The position numbers were made by a program, and so were the translations under genes. From Eledone cirrhosa (Eukaryota): a stretch of DNA of 64,000 nucleotides. The notes beneath the pieces were generated by a model. That model was not told the origin of the DNA. It searched no databases and saw only the letters and a program-made list of their open reading frames with translations. The stretch is from the NCBI GenBank assembly GCA_964016885.1, contig OZ024745.1, positions 4,402,001-4,466,000 on the forward strand, written 5' to 3'. The first letter of the stretch is position 1. The number at the start of each line of letters is the position of its first letter. Of the stretch, positions 15,001 to 27,014 are shown one piece after another.

Positions 15001-18000
15001 AAGGTTATATTGGGAGTACAGTAATGGAATAAAGTATATTGGAAGTACAGTAATGGAATAAGGTTATATTGGAAGTATAGCAATGGAATAAGGTTATATT
15101 GGGAGTACAGTAATGGAATAAGGTTATATTGGAAGTACAGTAATGGAATAAGGTTATATTGGGAGTACAGTAATGGAATAAAGTATATTGGAAGTACAGT
15201 AATGGAATAAGGTTATATTGGGAGTTCAGTAATGGAATAAGGTTATATTGGAAGTACAGTAATGGAATAAGGTTAAATTGGGAGTACAGTAATGGAATAA
15301 AGTATATTGGAAGTACAGTAATGGAATAAGGTTATATTGGGAGTTCAGTAATGGAATAAGGTTATATTGGGATTACAGTAATGGAATAAGGTTATATTGG
15401 GATTACAGTAATGGAATAAGGTTATATTGGAAGTACAGTAATGGAATAAGGTTATATTGGAAGTACAGTAATGGAATAAGGTTATATTGGGAGTACAGTA
15501 ATGGAATATGATTATATTGGGAGTACAGTAATGGAATAAGGTTATATTGGAAGTACAGTAATGGAATAAGGTTATATTGGGATTACAGTAATGGAATAAG
15601 GTTATATTGGGAGTACAGTAATGGAATAAGGTTATATTGGAAGTACAGTAATGGAATAAGGTTATATTGGAAGTACAGTAATGGAATAAGGTTATATTGG
15701 GAGTACAGTAATGGAATAAGGTTATATTGGAAGTACAGTAATGGAATAAAGTATATTGGAAGTACCGTAATGGAATAAGGTTATATTGGAAGTACAGTAA
15801 TGGAATAAGGTTATATTGGGAGTACAGTAATGGAATAAGGTTATATTGGAAGTACAGTAATGGAATAAAGTATATTGGAAGTACCGTAATGGAATAAGGT
15901 TATATTGGAAGTACAGTAATGGAATATGGTTATATTGGGAGTACACTAATGGAAAAAGGTTATATTGGGAGTACAGTAATGGAATAAGGTTATATTGGAA
16001 GTACAGTAATGGAATAAAGTATATTGGAAGTACCGTAATGGAATAAGGTTATATTGGAAGTACAGTAATGGAATAAGGTTATATTGGAAGTACAGTAATG
16101 GAATAAGGTTATATTGGAAGTACACTAATGGAAAAAGGTTATATTGGGAGTACAGTAATGGAATAAGGTTATATTGGGAGTACAGTAATGGAATAAGGTT
16201 ATATTGGAAGTACAGCAATGGAATAAACTATATTGGAAGTACAGTAATGGAATAAGGTTATATTGGGAGTACAGTAATGGAATAAGGTTATATTGGGAGT
16301 ACAGTAATGGAATAAGGTTATATTGGAAGTACAGCAATGGAATAAACTATATTGGAAGTACCGTAATGGAATAAGGTTATATTTGAAGTACCGTAATGGA
16401 ATAAGGTTATATTTGTAGTACCGTAATGGAATAAGGTTATATTGGGGGTACTGTAATGGAATAAGGTTATATTGGAAGTACAGTAATGGAATAAAGTATA
16501 TTGGAAGTACTGTAATGGAATAAGGTTATATTGGAAGTATAGTAATGGAATAAGGTTATATTGGAAGTACAGTAATGGAAAAAGGTTATATTGGGAGTAC
16601 AGTAATGGAATAAGGTTATATTGGGAGTACAGTAATGGAATAAGGTTATATTGGAAGTACAGCAATGGAATAAACTATATTGGAAGTACAGTAATGGAAT
16701 AAGGTTATATTGGGAGTACAGTAATGGAATAAGGTTATATTGGGAGTACAGTAATGGAATAAGGTTATATTGGAAGTACAGCAATGGAATAAACTATATT
16801 GGAAGTACCGTAATGGAATAAGGTTATATTTGAAGTACCGTAATGGAATAAGGTTATATTTGTAGTACCGTAATGGAATAAGGTTATATTGGGGGTACTG
16901 TAATGGAATAAGGTTATATTGGAAGTACAGTAATGGAATAAAGTATATTGGAAGTACTGTAATGGAATAAGGTTATATTGGAAGTATAGTAATGGAATAA
17001 GGTTATATTGGAAGTACAGTAATGGAATAAGGTATATTGGAAGTACAGCAATGGAATAAGGTTATATTGGAAGTACAGTAATGGAATAAAGTATATTGGA
17101 AGTACTGTAATGGAATAAGGTTATATTGGAAGTACAGTAATGGAATAAGGTTATATTGGAAGTACAGTAATGGAATAAGGTTATATTGGAAGTACAGTAA
17201 TGGAATAAGGTTATATTGGGGGTACAGTAATGGAATAAGGTTATATTGGAAGTACAGTAATGGAATAAGGTTATATTTGAAGTACCGTAATGGAATAAGG
17301 TTATATTGGAAGTATAGCAATGGAATAAGGTATATTGGAAGTACAGTAATGGAATAAGGTTATATTGGAAGTACAGTAATGGAATATGGTTATATTGGGA
17401 GTACAGTAATGGAATAAGGTTATATTGGAAGTACTGTAATGGAATAAGGTTATATTGGAAGTACAGTAATGGAATATGGTTATATTGGGAGTACAGTAAT
17501 GGAATAAGGTTATATTGGAAGTACTGTAATGGAATAAGGTTATATTGGAAGTACAGTAATGGAATAAGGTTATATTGGAAGTACAGTAATGGAATAAGGT
17601 TATATTGGAAGTACAGTAATGGAATATGGTTATATTGGAAGTACTGTAATGGAATAAGGTTATATTGGAAGTACAGTAATGGAATAAGGTTATATTGGAA
17701 GTACAGTAATGGAATAAGGTTATATTGGAAGTACTGTAATGGAATAAGGTTATATTGGAAGTACAGTAATGGAATAAGGTTATATTGGAAGTACAGTAAT
17801 GGAATATGGTTATATTGGAAGTACTGTAATGGAATAAGGTTATATTGGAAGTACAGTAATGGAATATGGTTATATTGGGAGTACAGTAATGGAATAAGGT
17901 TATATTGGAAGTACAGTAATGGAATAAGGTTATATTGGAAGTACAGTAATGGAATATGGCTATATTGGAAGTACAGTAATGGAATATGGTTATATTGGGA

Positions 18001-21000
18001 GTACTGTAATGGAATAAGGTTATATTGGAAGTACTGTAATGGAATAAGGTTATATTGGAAGTACAGTAATGGAATAAGATTATATTGGAAGTACTGTAAT
18101 GGAATAAGGTTATATTGGAAGTACAGTAATGGAATATGGTTATATTGGGAGTACAGTAATGGAATAAGGTTATATTGGAAGTACTGTAATGGAATAAGGT
18201 TATATTGGAAGTACAGTAATGGAATAAGGTTATATTGGAAGTACAGTAATGGAATATGGTTATATTGGAAGTACTGTAATGGAATAAGGTTATATTGGAA
18301 GTACAGTAATGGAATAAGGTTATATTGGAAGTACAGTAATGGAATAAGGTTATATTGGAAGTACAGTAATGGAATAAGGTTATATTTGAAGTACCGTAAT
18401 GGAATAAGGTTATATTGGAAGTATAGCAATGGAATAATGTATATTGGAAGTACAGCAATGGAATAAGGTTATATTGGGAGTACAGTAATGGAATGAGGTT
18501 ATATTGGGAGTACAGTAATGGAATAAGGTTATATTGGAAGTACAGCAATGGAATAAACTATATTGGAAGTACCGTAATGGAATAAGGTTATATTGGGAGT
18601 ACAGTAATGGAATAAGGTTATATTGGGAGTACAGTAATGGAGTAAGGTTATATTGGAAGTACAGCAATGGAATAAACTATATTGGAAGTACCGTAATGGA
18701 ATAAGGTTATATTTGAAGTACCGTAATGGAATAAGGTTATATTTGTAGTACCGTAATGGAATAAGTTTATATTGGGGGTACTGTAATGGAATAAGGTTAT
18801 ATTGGAAGTACAGTAATGGAATAAAGTATATTGGAAGTACTGTAATGGAATAAGGTTATATTGGAAGTACAGTAATGGAATAAGGTTATATTGGAAGTAC
18901 AGTAATGGAATAAGGTATATTGGAAGTACAGCAATGGAATAAGGTTATATTGGAAGTACAGTAATGGAATAAAGTATATTGGAAGTACTGTAATGGAATA
19001 AGGTTATATTGGAAGTACAGTAATGGAATAAGGTTATATTGGAAGTACAGTAATGGAATAAGGTTATATTGGAAGTACAGTAATGGAATAAGGTTATATT
19101 GGGGCTACAGTAATGGAATAAGGTTATATTGGAAGTACAGTAATGGAATAAGGTTATATTTGAAGTACCGTAATGGAATAAGGTTATATTGGAAGTATAG
19201 CAATGGAATAATGTATATTGGAAGTACAGCAATGGAATAAGGTTATATTGGAAGTACAGTAATGGAATAAAGTATATTGGAAGTACTGTAATGGAATAAG
19301 GTTATATTGGAAGTACAGTAATGGAATATGGTTATATTGGAAGTACAGTAATGGAGTAAGGTTATATTGGAAGTACAGTAATGGAATAAGGTTATATTGG
19401 AAGTACAGTAATGGAATAAAGTATATTGGAAGTACAGTAATGGAATAAGGTTATATTGGAAGTATAGCAATGGAATAAGGTTATATTGGGAGTACAGTAA
19501 TGGAATAAGGTTATATTGGAAGTACAGTAATGGAATAAGGTTATATTGGGAGTACAGTAATGGAATAAAGTATATTAGAAGTACAGTAATGGAATAAGGT
19601 TATATTGGAAGTATAGCAATGGAATAAGGTTATATTGGGAGTACAGTAATGGAATAAGGTTATATTGGAAGTACAGTAATGGAATAAGGTTATATTGGGA
19701 GTACAGTAATGGAATAAAGTATATTGGAAGTACAGTAATGGAATAAGGTTATATTGGGAGTTCAGTAATGGAATAAGGTTATATTGGAAGTACAGTAATG
19801 GAATAAGGTTAAATTGGGAGTACAGTAATGGAATAAAGTATATTGGAAGTACAGTAATGGAATAAGGTTATATTGGGAGTTCAGTAATGGAATAAGGTTA
19901 TATTGGGATTACAGTAATGGAATAAGGTTATATTGGGATTACAGTAATGGAATAAGGTTATATTGGAAGTACAGTAATGGAATAAGGTTATATTGGAAGT
20001 ACAGTAATGGAATAAGGTTATATTGGGAGTACAGTAATGGAATATGATTATATTGGGAGTACAGTAATGGAATAAGGTTATATTGGAAGTACAGTAATGG
20101 AATAAGGTTATATTGGGATTACAGTAATGGAATAAGGTTATATTGGGAGTACAGTAATGGAATAAGGTTATATTGGAAGTACAGTAATGGAATAAGGTTA
20201 TATTGGAAGTACAGTAATGGAATAAGGTTATATTGGGAGTACAGTAATGGAATAAGGTTATATTGGAAGTACAGTAATGGAATAAAGTATATTGGAAGTA
20301 CCGTAATGGAATAAGGTTATATTGGAAGTACAGTAATGGAATAAGGTTATATTGGGAGTACAGTAATGGAATAAGGTTATATTGGAAGTACAGTAATGGA
20401 ATAAAGTATATTGGAAGTACCGTAATGGAATAAGGTTATATTGGAAGTACAGTAATGGAATAAGGTTATATTGGAAGTACACTAATGGAAAAAGGTTATA
20501 TTGGGAGTACAGTAATGGAATAAGGTTATATTGGGAGTACAGTAATGGAATAAGGTTATATTGGAAGTACAGCAATGGAATAAACTATATTGGAAGTACA
20601 GTAATGGAATAAGGTTATATTGGGAGTACAGTAATGGAATAAGGTTATATTGGGAGTACAGTAATGGAATAAGGTTATATTGGAAGTACAGCAATGGAAT
20701 AAACTATATTGGAAGTACCGTAATGGAATAAGGTTATATTTGAAGTACCGTAATGGAATAAGGTTATATTTGTAGTACCGTAATGGAATAAGGTTATATT
20801 GGGGGTACTGTAATGGAATAAGGTTATATTGGAAGTACAGTAATGGAATAAAGTATATTGGAAGTACTGTAATGGAATAAGGTTATATTGGAAGTATAGT
20901 AATGGAATAAGGTTATATTGGAAGTACAGTAATGGAATAAGGTATATTGGAAGTACAGCAATGGAATAAGGTTATATTGGAAGTACAGTAATGGAATAAA

Positions 21001-23942
21001 GTATATTGGAAGTACTGTAATGGAATAAGGTTATATTGGAAGTACAGTAATGGAATAAGGTTATATTGGAAGTACAGTAATGGAATAAGGTTATATTGGA
21101 AGTACAGTAATGGAATAAGGTTATATTGGGGGTACAGTAATGGAATAAGGTTATATTGGAAGTACAGTAATGGAATAAGGTTATATTTGAAGTACCGTAA
21201 TGGAATAAGGTTATATTGGAAGTATAGCAATGGAATAAGGTATATTGGAAGTACAGTAATGGAATAAGGTTATATTGGAAGTACAGTAATGGAATATGGT
21301 TATATTGGGAGTACAGTAATGGAATAAGGTTATATTGGAAGTACTGTAATGGAATAAGGTTATATTGGAAGTACAGTAATGGAATATGGTTATATTGGGA
21401 GTACAGTAATGGAATAAGGTTATATTGGAAGTACTGTAATGGAATAAGGTTATATTGGAAGTACAGTAATGGAATAAGGTTATATTGGAAGTACAGTAAT
21501 GGAATAAGGTTATATTGGAAGTACAGTAATGGAATATGGTTATATTGGAAGTACTGTAATGGAATAAGGTTATATTGGAAGTACAGTAATGGAATAAGGT
21601 TATATTGGAAGTACAGTAATGGAATAAGGTTATATTGGAAGTACTGTAATGGAATAAGGTTATATTGGAAGTACAGTAATGGAATAAGGTTATATTGGAA
21701 GTACAGTAATGGAATATGGTTATATTGGAAGTACTGTAATGGAATAAGGTTATATTGGAAGTACAGTAATGGAATATGGTTATATTGGGAGTACAGTAAT
21801 GGAATAAGGTTATATTGGAAGTACAGTAATGGAATAAGGTTATATTGGAAGTACAGTAATGGAATATGGTTATATTGGAAGTACAGTAATGGAATATGGT
21901 TATATTGGGAGTACTGTAATGGAATAAGGTTATATTGGAAGTACTGTAATGGAATAAGGTTATATTGGAAGTACAGTAATGGAATAAGGTTATATTGGAA
22001 GTACTGTAATGGAATAAGGTTATATTGGAAGTACAGTAATGGAATATGGTTATATTGGGAGTACAGTAATGGAATAAGGTTATATTGGAAGTACTGTAAT
22101 GGAATAAGGTTATATTGGAAGTACAGTAATGGAATAAGGTTATATTGGAAGTACAGTAATGGAATATGGTTATATTGGAAGTACTGTAATGGAATAAGGT
22201 TATATTGGAAGTACAGTAATGGAATAAGGTTATATTGGAAGTACAGTAATGGAATAAGGTTATATTGGAAGTACTGTAATGGAATAAGGTTATATTGGAA
22301 GTACAGTAATGGAATATGGTTATATTGGGAGTACAGTAATGGAATAAGGTTATATTGGAAGTACTGTAATGGAATAAGGTTATATTGGAAGTACAGTAAT
22401 GGAATAAGGTTATATTGGAAGTACAGTAATGGAATATGGTTATATTGGAAGTACTGTAATGGAATAAGGTTATATTGGAAGTACAGTAATGGAATAAGGT
22501 TATATTGGAAGTACAGTAATGGAATAAGGTTATATTGGAAGTACTGTAATGGAATAAGGTTATATTGGAAGTACAGTAATGGAATAAGGTTATATTGGAA
22601 GTACAGTAATGGAATATGGTTATATTGGAAGTACTGTAATGGAATAAGGTTATATTGGAAGTACAGTAATGGAATATGGTTATATTGGGAGTACAGTAAT
22701 GGAATAAGGTTATATTGGAAGTACAGTAATGGAATAAGGTTATATTGGAAGTACTGTAATGGAATAAGGTTATATTGGAAGTACAGTAATGGAATAAGGT
22801 TATATTGGAAGTACTGTAATGGAATAAGGTTATATTGGAAGTACAGTAATGGAATAAGGTTATATTGGAAGTACAGTAATGGAATAAGGTTATATTGGAA
22901 GTACTGTAATGGAATAAGGTTATATTGGAAGTACAGTAATGGAATATGGTTATATTGGAAGTACTGTAATGGAATAAGGTTATATTGGAAGTACAGTAAT
23001 GGAATAAGGTTATATTGGAAGTACAGTAATGGAATAATGTTATATTGGAAGTACTGTAATGGAATAAGGTTATATTGGAAGTACAGTAATGGAATAAGGT
23101 TATATTGGAAGTACAGTAATGGAATAAGGTTATATTGGAAGTACAGTAATGGAATAAGGTTATATTGGAAGTACAGTAATGGAATAAGGTTATATTGGAA
23201 GTACAGTAATGGAATAAGGTTATATTGGAAGTACAGTAATGGAATAAGGTTATATTGGAAGTACAGTAATGGAATATGGTTATATTGGGAGTACAGTAAT
23301 GGAATAAGGTTATATTGGAAGTACTGTAATGGAATAAGGTTATATTGGAAGTACAGTAATGGAATAAGGTTATATTGGAAGTACAGTAATGGAATATGGT
23401 TATATTGGAAGTACTGTAATGGAATAAGGTTATATTGGAAGTACAGTAATGGAATAAGGTTATATTGGAAGTACAGTAATGGAATAAGGTTATATTGGAA
23501 GTACTGTAATGGAATAAGGTTATATTGGAAGTACAGTAATGGAATAAGGTTATATTGGAAGTACAGTAATGGAATATGGTTATATTGGAAGTACTGTAAT
23601 GGAATAAGGTTATATTGGAAGTACAGTAATGGAATATGGTTATATTGGGAGTACAGTAATGGAATAAGGTTATATTGGAAGTACAGTAATGGAATAAGGT
23701 TATATTGGAAGTACAGTAATGGAATAAGGTATATTGGAAGTACCGTAATGGAATAAGGTTATATTGGAAGTACAGTAATGGAATAAGGTTATATTGGAAG
23801 TACAGCAATGGAATAAGGTTATATTGGAAGTACAGTAATGGAATAAGGTATATTGGAAGTACCGTAATGGAAGAAGGTTATATTGGAAGTACAGTAATGG
23901 AATAAGGTATATTGGAAGTATAGCAATGGAATAAGGTATATT
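1..23942. repeat. 30-bp satellite array (~800 units, consensus GGTTATATTGGAAGTACAGTAATGGAATAA, with 29-bp deletion variants); continues beyond the left edge
   Basis: Uninterrupted tandem units from base 1 to ...GGAATAAGGTATATT|ACCC at 23942. The unit looks like two diverged 15-mers (ATTGGAA / AATGGAA). Variant units recur in higher-order blocks. Confidence 0.99.
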
Positions 23943-24132
23943 ACCCAGGAAGGTTTATTGATACTAATTTTATAAAATCAAAGAAGAAAAACATCCTGGG
24001 TATGCTAACCAACCTGACTGTTATTTCTGGCATAAGGGATTCTCTCTCTGTTATCAGTGATTGTCATGTTTCACATCCGGCATCTCCACAGCTTCCAAAG
24101 CTGGTTTACACACACATGTAATTATATTTATA

Positions 24133-24660
24133 TCTATATCTAATATAAAAGATAGAACTCCCATCATCCTTTTGAGAAACATGGACCAGTCACGTCTATA
24201 CAATGGCACACATTTAACAGTTAGGCGGATGGTGAACCATCTCCTAGAGGTCACCATTCTTGGAGGCAATCATCAAAGAGAAATGCATTTATTCCAAAGA
24301 TTCCTCTTAGCCCTTTCTCGACTGAGCTGCTGTTCAAATTCTGAAGACTTCAGTTCCCTGTTAGAGCCAGCTTTGCTATGACCGTACATAAAGGTCAGAG
24401 TCTTTACCCATGGGTATGTAGGTTGTTCACAAGTGGGAACACCTAGAAATCTTCATATACTATGCCCGAAAGATAAAACGAAGAATCTGGTGTATCTGGA
24501 AGATTTTTTACTGTTTTTTTTTTTTTTTTTTTGTCACACACACATCATGTTCTCGCTTCATACTGTAAACCAGACAACACACCCACTACAGTCATTTTCT
24601 CTTCTACCTGTCTTATCTCATCATCTGTTAACCCTGGACGAAGCTGGGTACCTCAGCTAA
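24133..24660 (+). mobile_element. Non-autonomous, internally deleted Helitron carrying a decayed C-terminal PIF1-like helicase fragment
   Basis: 5' end A|TCTATATCTAATATAAAAG. Translation across frameshifts gives TPIILLRNMDQSRLYNGTHL..., FIPKIPLSP..ELLFKF*RLQFPVRASFAMTVHKGQSL and THGYVGCSQVGTPRNLHILCPKDKTKNLVY, typical of the Helitron RepHel C-terminus. 3' end has a GC-richer hairpin ACCC..GGGT (24631-24649) then CTAA|T at 24657-24661 (CTRR end, A/T target site). Confidence 0.85.
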
Positions 24661-24729
24661 TATATTTATAGTTGAAAGACGAGAATTCTAATTGTTTTAT
24701 ATACACTGTTGTATATATATATATATATG

Positions 24730-24917
24730 TTATAACACAAGGTCAACAATTTTGAGGTAGGGGAAAGTCGATAAAATCGACCCCAGTGCATTACTGGTAC
24801 TTGATTTTTTAAAACACCATAAGGCTGAAAGGCAATGCTCATCTCGGCGGGATCAAAGGGAGGTAATTATATGCCACAAAGCATGTCTGACGCTCTCCTG
24901 CCAATCCACTGCCGCCC
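24730..24917 (-). mobile_element. tRNA-derived SINE, Nin-domain-like family (degenerate)
   Basis: Reverse complement reads GGGCGGCAGTGGATTGGCAG...GCCTTTCAGCCTT...AGTACCAGTAATGCACTGGGGTCGATTTTATCGACTT, which is homologous to the copies at 31593, 32758 and 34067. Confidence 0.75.
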
Positions 24918-25073
24918 TTGTAAACAATTATAACAAATCTCCAATCACTACAGTAACTCCATCATCAATAAGGTGTCAATACACACATAGAATAGAAACA
25001 ATGTCATGTCTTATTTTACGTGGATATCTCATATTCACATTTTTCACAATGAAACATTTCGTATATTTTACAG

Positions 25074-25144
25074 GAGAATATGTTTTCATTTCAATCTGAG
25101 AAAGAAACTTTTGCTCTAAAACCGATGAACTGTCCAGGCCATTG
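25074..25144 (+). CDS. TARS: Threonyl-tRNA synthetase (cytoplasmic), internal exon [24 protein letters not shown]
   Basis: Acceptor ttttacag| and donor |gtgagt. Contains the KPMNCPGHC Zn-binding motif of ThrRS. 71 nt, phase 0 to 2. Confidence 0.96.
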
Positions 25145-25301
25145 GTGAGTTATCCCCCTTTACATGGTTGTAATAGAATTCCTTAGAGATGATAAACTTG
25201 ATTGTAGTAAGATATTTCAATTAACGTTGTTTTTTTAAAAATTTATTATTATTTTTTATTCATCCTCTGTCAGAATAGGATAAACTAGAAATAATAAACA
25301 G

Positions 25302-25484
25302 GTTTGATATTAGAAAATAGACGCTTACAGCGTTTTTTTTTACTAAAGAAATTTTAGCCTGATACTGGGTTTAGAATTCTCTAAGAAATGGAAAAAAGAT
25401 GAGTATTGACGCGAAACCCAGTATTGGGTTAAAATTTCTTTAGTAAAAAAATACGGCGAAAGCTTCTATTTTCTAATTTCAAAC
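25302..25484. repeat. Imperfect long inverted repeat (MITE/foldback-like), ~71-bp arms, ~41-nt spacer
   Basis: GTTTGATATTAGAAAATAG...TACTAAAGAAATTTTAGCCTGATACTGGGTTT (25302-25372) pairs with AAACCCAGTATTGGGTTAAAATTTCTTTAGTA...CTATTTTCTAATTTCAAAC (25414-25484). Confidence 0.85.
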
Positions 25485-25571
25485 TCGCTCACTGTTCAAA
25501 ACATACTTAGTTAGATTTAATATTATTTTATATTATAAAGCTATACATATTTACATATTTATATTTTTCAG

Positions 25572-25734
25572 TTTGATGTTTGATCATCGTCCAAGGTCTT
25601 GGAAAGAACTTCCTCTAAGACTTGCAGATTTTGGTGTCCTTCATCGAAATGAACTGTCAGGAGCTTTGAGTGGCCTGACCAGAGTCAGAAGGTTTCAACA
25701 AGATGATGCCCATATTTTCTGCCGACAGGACCAG
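25572..25734 (+). CDS. TARS: Threonyl-tRNA synthetase exon ([54 protein letters not shown]; class II motif 2)
   Basis: tttttcag| acceptor and |gtatgg donor. Highly conserved ThrRS sequence. 163 nt, phase 2 to 0. Confidence 0.98.
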
Positions 25735-25879
25735 GTATGGATCTCAACAGTTAAATAAGATAGTTTCAGAGAATGGAATGAGATATTTAGAATATTTCTT
25801 TGCAAGTCTTCCTTGAGAAGGTTTACTCATATCACCAGTTCTTGGCTATATTTTGAAACCCTGATCTAGGCATAACTAT

Positions 25880-26045
25880 GATGAAGAAGTTCACTTCGCA
25901 ACTACATGGGTGGTATACCAAGCAAGCTCATATGACCAGTCTAGCCTCAGTAAATGGCAAACATCTTTTACTATAATAGCCTTCAGTGAATTGTGAGTGA
26001 ATTTGGTAGGCAGAGACAGTATGAAGTCTGTTATGTATATGTTTA
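25880..26045 (+). mobile_element. Degenerate SINE fragment
   Basis: AAGAAGTTCACTTCGCAACTACATGG...TACTATA...TTGTGAGTGAATTTGGTAGGCAGAGAC resembles an octopus-type SINE (recalled). A related head lies at ~31080-31165. Confidence 0.45.
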
Positions 26046-26441
26046 TATCTGCTTATCTTTGCGTCACATCTGACACCACTATCATTAACAATGATGTTTA
26101 TGTTCTACATAAATAAAAATCCCATGACTTAGCAGTTTGACATGTGAAGATCAGTACCTTACTTAAGAAAAACATAAAATTTGGCATCAGAAAGTTCATC
26201 TGTCAATACATACTGCCTCAAAAACCTTTTGTCTGTTGCTAACAGAAAAAAATGGACATAAAACTGATCATGATGACTGGAGGATATATGCTAAAAATGT
26301 TATCTACTCCTGATCAAATTGATCAGCAAGATTCCAGACCACATTTGCTTTCTGAGTGGGGAGGAACTCGTCAAATTGGACCAAGGAAACAATGTTTCCA
26401 TTGGTATTTCCATTGCTGATAGTATCTACCAGCAGAAGGAG

Positions 26442-26558
26442 CAACATGAAATAAAGTGTGTTGGTCAAGGACATAATGTATCGCCTGGTCCGGGAATTGA
26501 ACTCACTACCTCATGATTGCAAATCAAATTCTCTAACCATTGAGCCACCTACCTTCAC
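26442..26558 (-). mobile_element. tRNA-derived SINE head (A/B boxes plus CCTTGAxCAA core-like segment)
   Basis: Reverse complement GTGAAGGTAGGTGGCTCAATGGTTAGAGAATTTGATTTGCAATCATGAGGTAGTGAGTTCAATTCCCGGACCAGGCGA...GTCCTTGACCAACACACTTTATTTCATG, homologous to 33175-33292. Confidence 0.8.
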
Positions 26559-26644
26559 AATTATTATCATTATCATCATCATTTAACGTCTATCTTCCAT
26601 GCTAGCAAATACCTATCATTATTCTTTTTTGTTCTTTTTTCTAG

Positions 26645-26782
26645 ATAAAAGAAGAAATCTCTGGTTGTTTAGACTTCTTGAAGAATATTTATGGTATATT
26701 TGGTTTTACTTTCAACCTAAAACTGTCCACTCGTCCTGAGAAGTATATGGGAGAGTTGGAGGTATGGAACGAAGCTGAGAAG
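26645..26782 (+). CDS. TARS: Threonyl-tRNA synthetase exon ([46 protein letters not shown])
   Basis: ttttttctag| acceptor and |gtaaga donor. LSTRPEK motif. 138 nt, phase 0 to 0. Confidence 0.97.
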
Positions 26783-27014
26783 GTAAGAAGTCATGATTAG
26801 TAATTTAACGGTACACTAATATAGATTTAGTTGTTTTTAAATATTTTATTAATATATATTTATATTTGTAACTTTAGAAAATATAATGTGTGTGGAACTA
26901 GGTTTGGTCTCGTCAGAGGAAGTTGAACATTCCAAAAAATAAGTTATTGTATTTGTGGTTGTTTTTTACTGTTGTAGGAGCCCAAAATACTCTACCATTT
27001 GTTTAGAAAATAAT

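Noticed and set aside
518-23808. Many ORFs with YFQYNLIPLL / SNITLFHYCT / RLYWKYSNGI repeats (up to 865 aa)
   Set aside because: A by-product of a 30-bp unit lacking stops in some frames. The frames switch at 29-bp variants, are open on both strands, have no unique domains, and lie in a probable intron.
1-23942. Similarity of AATGGAAT to human HSat2/3 (GGAAT)n, or of either satellite to telomeric repeats
   Set aside because: Only a short motif within a 30-bp unit, with no pentamer periodicity and no TTAGGG arrays; no basis for homology or a centromere/telomere call.
24061-24660. Functional PIF1 helicase gene
   Set aside because: Only a C-terminal fragment with frameshifts, an in-frame TGA and deletions; treated as a Helitron relic.
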